From a virus (Duplodnaviria; Caudoviricetes), in IMG/VR virus record IMGVR_UViG_3300035102_000132, positions 1 to 37,406 of that record: a stretch of 37,406 nucleotides of DNA; one strand, given 5' to 3'. The notes beneath the pieces were generated by a model that saw only the letters and a list, made by a program, of their open reading frames with translations, had not been told where the DNA came from and did not search any database. The position numbers and the translations under genes were made by a program. Below, piece by piece: positions 34,146 through 37,406 of this stretch; within the stretch, counting starts at the first letter, position 1, and each line of letters starts with the position of its first letter.

Positions 34146-34331
34146 CTATTGGATATTCCGCATGAAAAGCACCAAAGGCTTTCCAGTTATCTTGTCATTG
34201 TCAAAAACACAGATTGCTACACCTGATTGAAACTCGCGCCTAACCCTGTCGGTTATTTCAGTAGGATCAGCGCCAAGCCTTTTTGCTATTTGCTGCAAAG
34301 TTTCTGGATTTTTTGAAACGGTGGTTCTCAT
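34146..34331 (-). CDS. Hypothetical protein
   Basis: TGATG coupling with alpA; GAGG RBS. Confidence 0.65.
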   Translation of the reverse strand: MRTTVSKNPETLQQIAKRLGADPTEITDRVRREFQSGVAICVFDNDKITGKPLVLFMRNIQ

Positions 34332-34561
34332 CAGGCAGCTTGTTCCTCCTGCTGAGTGAAATACTCAATAAGCTCTTCAACTTCGCTACGCTTCCAAGCT
34401 CTCATTCTTTCACCAAGCTTGAACCCTCTTGAAAGCTTGCCTTCGTTAATCCATTTGTAGAAAGTAGACTTGCCGATACCAAACAGCTTTTGAATGTCTT
34501 TTGCGCGAAGAAAACCTTCTAGAGGAGGGGCAACAGGTTTTTCGGGTTTATTAAGGTGCAT
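34331..34561 (-). CDS. AlpA-family regulator / excisionase
   Basis: FLRAKDIQKLFGIGKSTFYKWINEGKL...KLG.R..AW..SEV. Confidence 0.9.
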   Translation of the reverse strand: MHLNKPEKPVAPPLEGFLRAKDIQKLFGIGKSTFYKWINEGKLSRGFKLGERMRAWKRSEVEELIEYFTQQEEQAA

Positions 34562-34586
34562 TAATATCTCTCCTTTGTTTCTGGCT

Positions 34587-34615
34587 TTGACAGGGTGAGA
34601 CTTCCGGGGTATAAT
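34587..34615 (+). promoter_or_regulatory. Perfect-consensus sigma70 promoter TTGACA-N17-TATAAT, antisense to the early operon
   Basis: Seen directly in the sequence. Confidence 0.88.
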
Positions 34616-34621
34616 TTAATT

Positions 34622-34785
34622 AATAGGGTTTCGGTAGCTGATAGCGTTCTCACCTTTAACGCCAGCAGCCACCTCAACCCCCTTTCTAAATCCCGCTGAT
34701 TTACGGAACTTCCACGAACCAGATCAGCGGGATTTGTATTTGTGGCAGTCCGGCGCTGCAACGCCGAACTACCGCTACCCACACA
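34622..34785 (+). ncRNA. Structured leader or sRNA (three hairpins) downstream of the consensus promoter
   Basis: GGTAGCTG..GCGTT/AACGC..CAGCCACC; AAATCCCGCTGAT/ATCAGCGGGATTT; GTGGCAGT.CGGCG/CGCCG.ACTACCGC. Confidence 0.5.
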
Positions 34786-34797
34786 AAAGGAGCTTGT

Positions 34798-35037
34798 ATG
34801 GATAAATTTACAAAGGCTAAATGCGATGTCTGCAAAGAAACTTTTAAACAAGGCCCTCACGCTTACCCGCTTATTAAGTGCAGCGGTTATGAGATATTTG
34901 TTTGTAAAATCTGCTACGACGGGAACCATGACGGTTGGAATAGCTTTTACGAGAAAGCGGTTATCGAACACTGCCAGAGGAAAGGCATTGGCCTTCCCGA
35001 AAGGAATGCAAAAGGCTTTCTTCCAAGAGAGTTTTAA
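34798..35037 (+). CDS. Small Cys-rich (Zn-binding) protein transcribed against the early operon
   Basis: AAGGAG RBS; CxxC...CxxC; has its own promoter at 34587. Confidence 0.75.
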   Translation: MDKFTKAKCDVCKETFKQGPHAYPLIKCSGYEIFVCKICYDGNHDGWNSFYEKAVIEHCQRKGIGLPERNAKGFLPREF

Positions 35038-35041
35038 GAAG

Positions 35042-35239
35042 TTACTCACTGTAATAAACCGTCCTTCCAAACGCCTGGTGTCTGTATTTGAAAAACGTCA
35101 CGCATTCAAACCAAAGAAACTGAGGCCCTTCGGTGATCCAGAAGTCAAAACCGTTCCATCGCTTTACAGCGCCGAACCAATAGCCCAGAAGACAAAATTG
35201 AATGAAGATGCGACCGGTTTTGACTCTTTTGGGTTTCAT
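35042..35239 (-). CDS. Small aromatic-rich hypothetical protein (MKPKRVK...)
   Basis: ATG at 35239 overlaps the stop of the Cro-like gene (TAATG). Confidence 0.55.
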   Translation of the reverse strand: MKPKRVKTGRIFIQFCLLGYWFGAVKRWNGFDFWITEGPQFLWFECVTFFKYRHQAFGRTVYYSE

Positions 35240-35475
35240 TACGCGGCCTCGCCATTGCAAACCGGTTTGGTTTGTTTACCAAAATCAGGGCAAAAAAAAT
35301 CATCAAGAGCATCTTTGCAAATACGCCACTCGCCGCCAATTTTATAGCCCTTTAACTTACCTTTGTTTAGCCAAGATAAGAAAGTGTTGTGGTGGAACAC
35401 TTCGCCAAACTGGTCTTCGGCATATCTTAAAGCCTCAGAAACCCTCATGGCTTTTCTTGATTTGTTTTTTTTCAT
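35239..35475 (-). CDS. Cro/Xis-like HTH protein (HTH_17-like)
   Basis: T..SWLNKGKLKGYKIGGEWRI...ALDDF; AAGGAG RBS; divergent from the repressor. Confidence 0.85.
   Translation of the reverse strand: MKKNKSRKAMRVSEALRYAEDQFGEVFHHNTFLSWLNKGKLKGYKIGGEWRICKDALDDFFCPDFGKQTKPVCNGEAA
35258..35274. promoter_or_regulatory. Second operator copy CAAACC-N5-GGTTTG
   Basis: Same arms and spacing as the core of 35504-35524. Confidence 0.5.
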
Positions 35476-35498
35476 TTCTTTAACTCCTTACATAATTA

Positions 35499-35527
35499 AC
35501 CATACCAAACCGCTTTGGTTTGGTCAA
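35499..35527 (-). promoter_or_regulatory. Early lytic promoter TTGACC-N17-TATGGT overlapped by operator ACCAAACC-N5-GGTTTGGT (35504-35524)
   Basis: Seen in the sequence between the divergent HTH genes. Confidence 0.8.
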
Positions 35528-35585
35528 GTAAATTTTAAAAAAATGTGAAATTTGTTCTCCAACGATGTATCATGGAGGTATGACA

Positions 35586-36065
35586 ATGTTTTCAGAAAAG
35601 TTAAGCACAGAGCTAGAGCGACGCGGATATAAAACCGTGCGGCAAAAGGCCGATGCCTGCGGTCTAAGCTATGAGCATATGCGACAGGTTTTAAAAGGAA
35701 AGCCTCTTGCAGAAGAAAGAATATTTGAGATAGGCGCAAAATTAAAGCTTTCAGAAGAAATTATTGCATCGCTTGTTGCTAATAAAGTTCTCGAACAAGC
35801 CAAAGAGCCTGCAACCAGAGAAATTTTAAGCAAACTACTTTCTAGTAAGCATTTTCAACGCCCTAGTGAAGACTTCTCTAAGCTGCCGCCAGCACACCCC
35901 GCTTTACAACCAGATACAAACCTGGCTAATGACGAAAAAAAGCTTGTAAAGCTATACCGCCAACTTGACCTTGAAGACAAGGCCGAAATTCGCGGAGAAA
36001 TACGCGGAATGCTTAAGGCGGACAAGTATCAGGGAAAGCCTGGAGTCGATCTTCAGGCGAGTTAA
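35586..36065 (+). CDS. CI-like XRE repressor without an S24 peptidase domain
   Basis: FSEKL..EL..RG...KADACGLSYEHMRQVLKG HTH; C-terminal DEKKLVKLYRQLD.EDK.EI; GGAGG 7 nt before the ATG at 35586. Confidence 0.8.
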   Translation: MFSEKLSTELERRGYKTVRQKADACGLSYEHMRQVLKGKPLAEERIFEIGAKLKLSEEIIASLVANKVLEQAKEPATREILSKLLSSKHFQRPSEDFSKLPPAHPALQPDTNLANDEKKLVKLYRQLDLEDKAEIRGEIRGMLKADKYQGKPGVDLQAS

Positions 36066-36149
36066 AGAAGATCGTTTTTGTGGACTTTCAAAAGAAGCAT
36101 CATTAAAAAATTGTTTAATTCAATAAAATATACAAGTGGAGGAAATCCA

Positions 36150-36680
36150 ATGAAACAATTAAAAAAGCTTGTTCTTTTAACAATTGTATCAACCTGCCTT
36201 TTAATAGGATGCAGCGGTGGCGGGGACGACAGCAGTTCAAACCCAGCAGCGGTTACTGCACCAACTCAGCTTGCATCAGCACAAGAAATCTCAGATAACA
36301 TAGCTGGAACCTGGAGAATGGCCGGAAGTTCAACTACGGATAGTGGCGACACCACAATTACGATGCAAGAATATACCTTCAATGATTCAGGCACAATGAT
36401 TGCCCAAGCTGATGTTTACTCGGCAACCCTAGGGAAACAATTTTGGGATGGCTTCACAAAATTTCAAGTATTAGATGGAAAAATAAAGACTTTTGACGGA
36501 ACGGTAAAAATGTATGAAGTTGATTCTCAAGGAAATAAAGACTTCTTCATGGAAATTTCTGTAGAAGACAGCGAACAAATTGTTGCTGAAATTGACTCAC
36601 AAAAGATGGTTCAATTTAATGCTAAAGAACAAAAATATGAAACTTACTACAAACAGGCAACAGCAGCAAACAACAAGTAA
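36150..36680 (+). CDS. Lipoprotein with a lipocalin-like beta barrel (possible superinfection exclusion)
   Basis: GGAGG RBS; lipobox LLIG|C; IAGTW motif. Confidence 0.78.
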   Translation: MKQLKKLVLLTIVSTCLLIGCSGGGDDSSSNPAAVTAPTQLASAQEISDNIAGTWRMAGSSTTDSGDTTITMQEYTFNDSGTMIAQADVYSATLGKQFWDGFTKFQVLDGKIKTFDGTVKMYEVDSQGNKDFFMEISVEDSEQIVAEIDSQKMVQFNAKEQKYETYYKQATAANNK

Positions 36681-36689
36681 GATTTGACT

Positions 36690-36800
36690 ATGAACTCACT
36701 ATTAAAAATTTTAATTTCAGGCCTGGGCTATCTTGCTGTAGCAATCGTAGCTATTAAGATGCTCAAAGATGTTGTGTTCGTGGACTTCGGGAAACGGTAA
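36690..36800 (+). CDS. 36-aa single-TM peptide MNSLLKILISGLGYLAVAIVAIKMLKDVVFVDFGKR
   Basis: Translated by hand; fills the gap in the + strand operon; weak RBS. Confidence 0.4.
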   Translation: MNSLLKILISGLGYLAVAIVAIKMLKDVVFVDFGKR

Positions 36801-36843
36801 AAGCTGACGATAGAAAAAGAAACGTTTAACCGGAGGCTGTCTT

Positions 36844-37406
36844 TTGCAAACAAAAACCTACAAAATCCTATTTTTTGCGTTCATTTTCACCGTTTTTCAG
36901 TGTGTTCTTTTTGGATCTGCTGCAATTAAAAATAAAATAGATCAGAATGAGCAAATAAAAAAGCTACTCGACGATTATTACGACACCGAGGGGAGAACGA
37001 CCGGCGGTGCAGGCTTTGCTTTACTTATGGGCCGGACAAACACGAACCGAGCCCTTGGGTATCCAGACTCTGGCTATGGAATCAATATGGGCCTCGGCTT
37101 TTCCTTCCGGAAATACTTTAACCAACCGTCAGAATATATCGTGGAGCGAGCAGCTAACAAAGTTTCTGAGAAAACCCCCGATCTAGGAAATCGTCGTTTT
37201 CGTGACAGAGTTAAAGACAGCGTAGGGCAAAGATGGTTTCCCTATGCGGGCTTGTATTCTGTGGCGGTTATTTTACCCGCAGTAGACTGTGGTATGGCGT
37301 ATGATTTTTCAGGTTCCGACGGGAAGGGCGCAATTTTTAATGCGGGAATCTCTGCTGGAGCAGGCCTCGGTCTTATGCCTAATCTAGGCGTCCAGTATTC
37401 ATTTTA
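36844..37406 (+). CDS. Outer-membrane beta-barrel-like protein, ~187 aa; the stop codon is probably cut by the window edge
   Basis: Not in the ORF track. GGAGG + TTG start; signal-like MQTKTYKILFFAFIFTVFQCVLFG; open to the end, finishing ...PNLGVQYSF then TA. Confidence 0.7.
   Translation, partial: MQTKTYKILFFAFIFTVFQCVLFGSAAIKNKIDQNEQIKKLLDDYYDTEGRTTGGAGFALLMGRTNTNRALGYPDSGYGINMGLGFSFRKYFNQPSEYIVERAANKVSEKTPDLGNRRFRDRVKDSVGQRWFPYAGLYSVAVILPAVDCGMAYDFSGSDGKGAIFNAGISAGAGLGLMPNLGVQYSF

Larger units (their letters stand above)
1..37406. mobile_element. Temperate podovirus-like phage or prophage, nearly complete; integrase and att sites not seen in the window
   Basis: Ordered modules: immunity, recombination/replication, TerS-TerL-portal-scaffold-capsid-adaptor-nozzle-ejection proteins, fibres, lysis. 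No tape measure or tail tube gene. Divergent repressor/Cro-like pair. Confidence 0.93.

Noticed and set aside
34561-35347. ORFs 34561..35070 (-), 34742..35347 (+) and 35145..35339 (-)
   Set aside because: They overlap better-supported genes and the structured leader, and have no clear RBS or motifs. A short Ash/Icd-like peptide at the 3' end of 34561..35070 cannot be fully excluded.

Overview
The whole 37.4 kb window is one temperate, podovirus-like (pro)phage genome, most likely from a diderm host. Most genes lie on the - strand. Read right to left: accessory lipoprotein and outer-membrane genes plus a CI-like repressor (+ strand); then a Cro/Xis-like HTH, AlpA, a RecE/RecT-like pair, a NUMOD4-HNH homing endonuclease, a YfdP/YfdQ-like pair, tRNA-His with two unusual tRNA-like RNAs, a Tad2-family (DUF2829) protein, RusA, HNH and a replication initiator; then TerS, TerL, portal, scaffold, major capsid, adaptor, nozzle and ejection proteins; then a 3183-aa polyvalent protein, tail-fibre-like genes and lysis genes. 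No integrase, tape measure or tail tube gene is visible. The main candidate for a new system is inside the giant gene. Each of four RNase-like/LPD domains is followed, on the antisense strand, by a sigma70-like promoter, a shared start motif and a 55-110 nt self-closing structured RNA ending in a U-rich tract; one of these is a perfect four-way junction. This suggests domain-by-domain RNA partners or antitoxins. Other oddities are four consecutive tail-module proteins with Sec-type signal peptides, tRNA scaffolds whose anticodon arm is replaced (one by a pseudoknot), and a palindromic operator shared by both late operons. All family assignments come from motif recognition by eye; no searches or folding programs were run.
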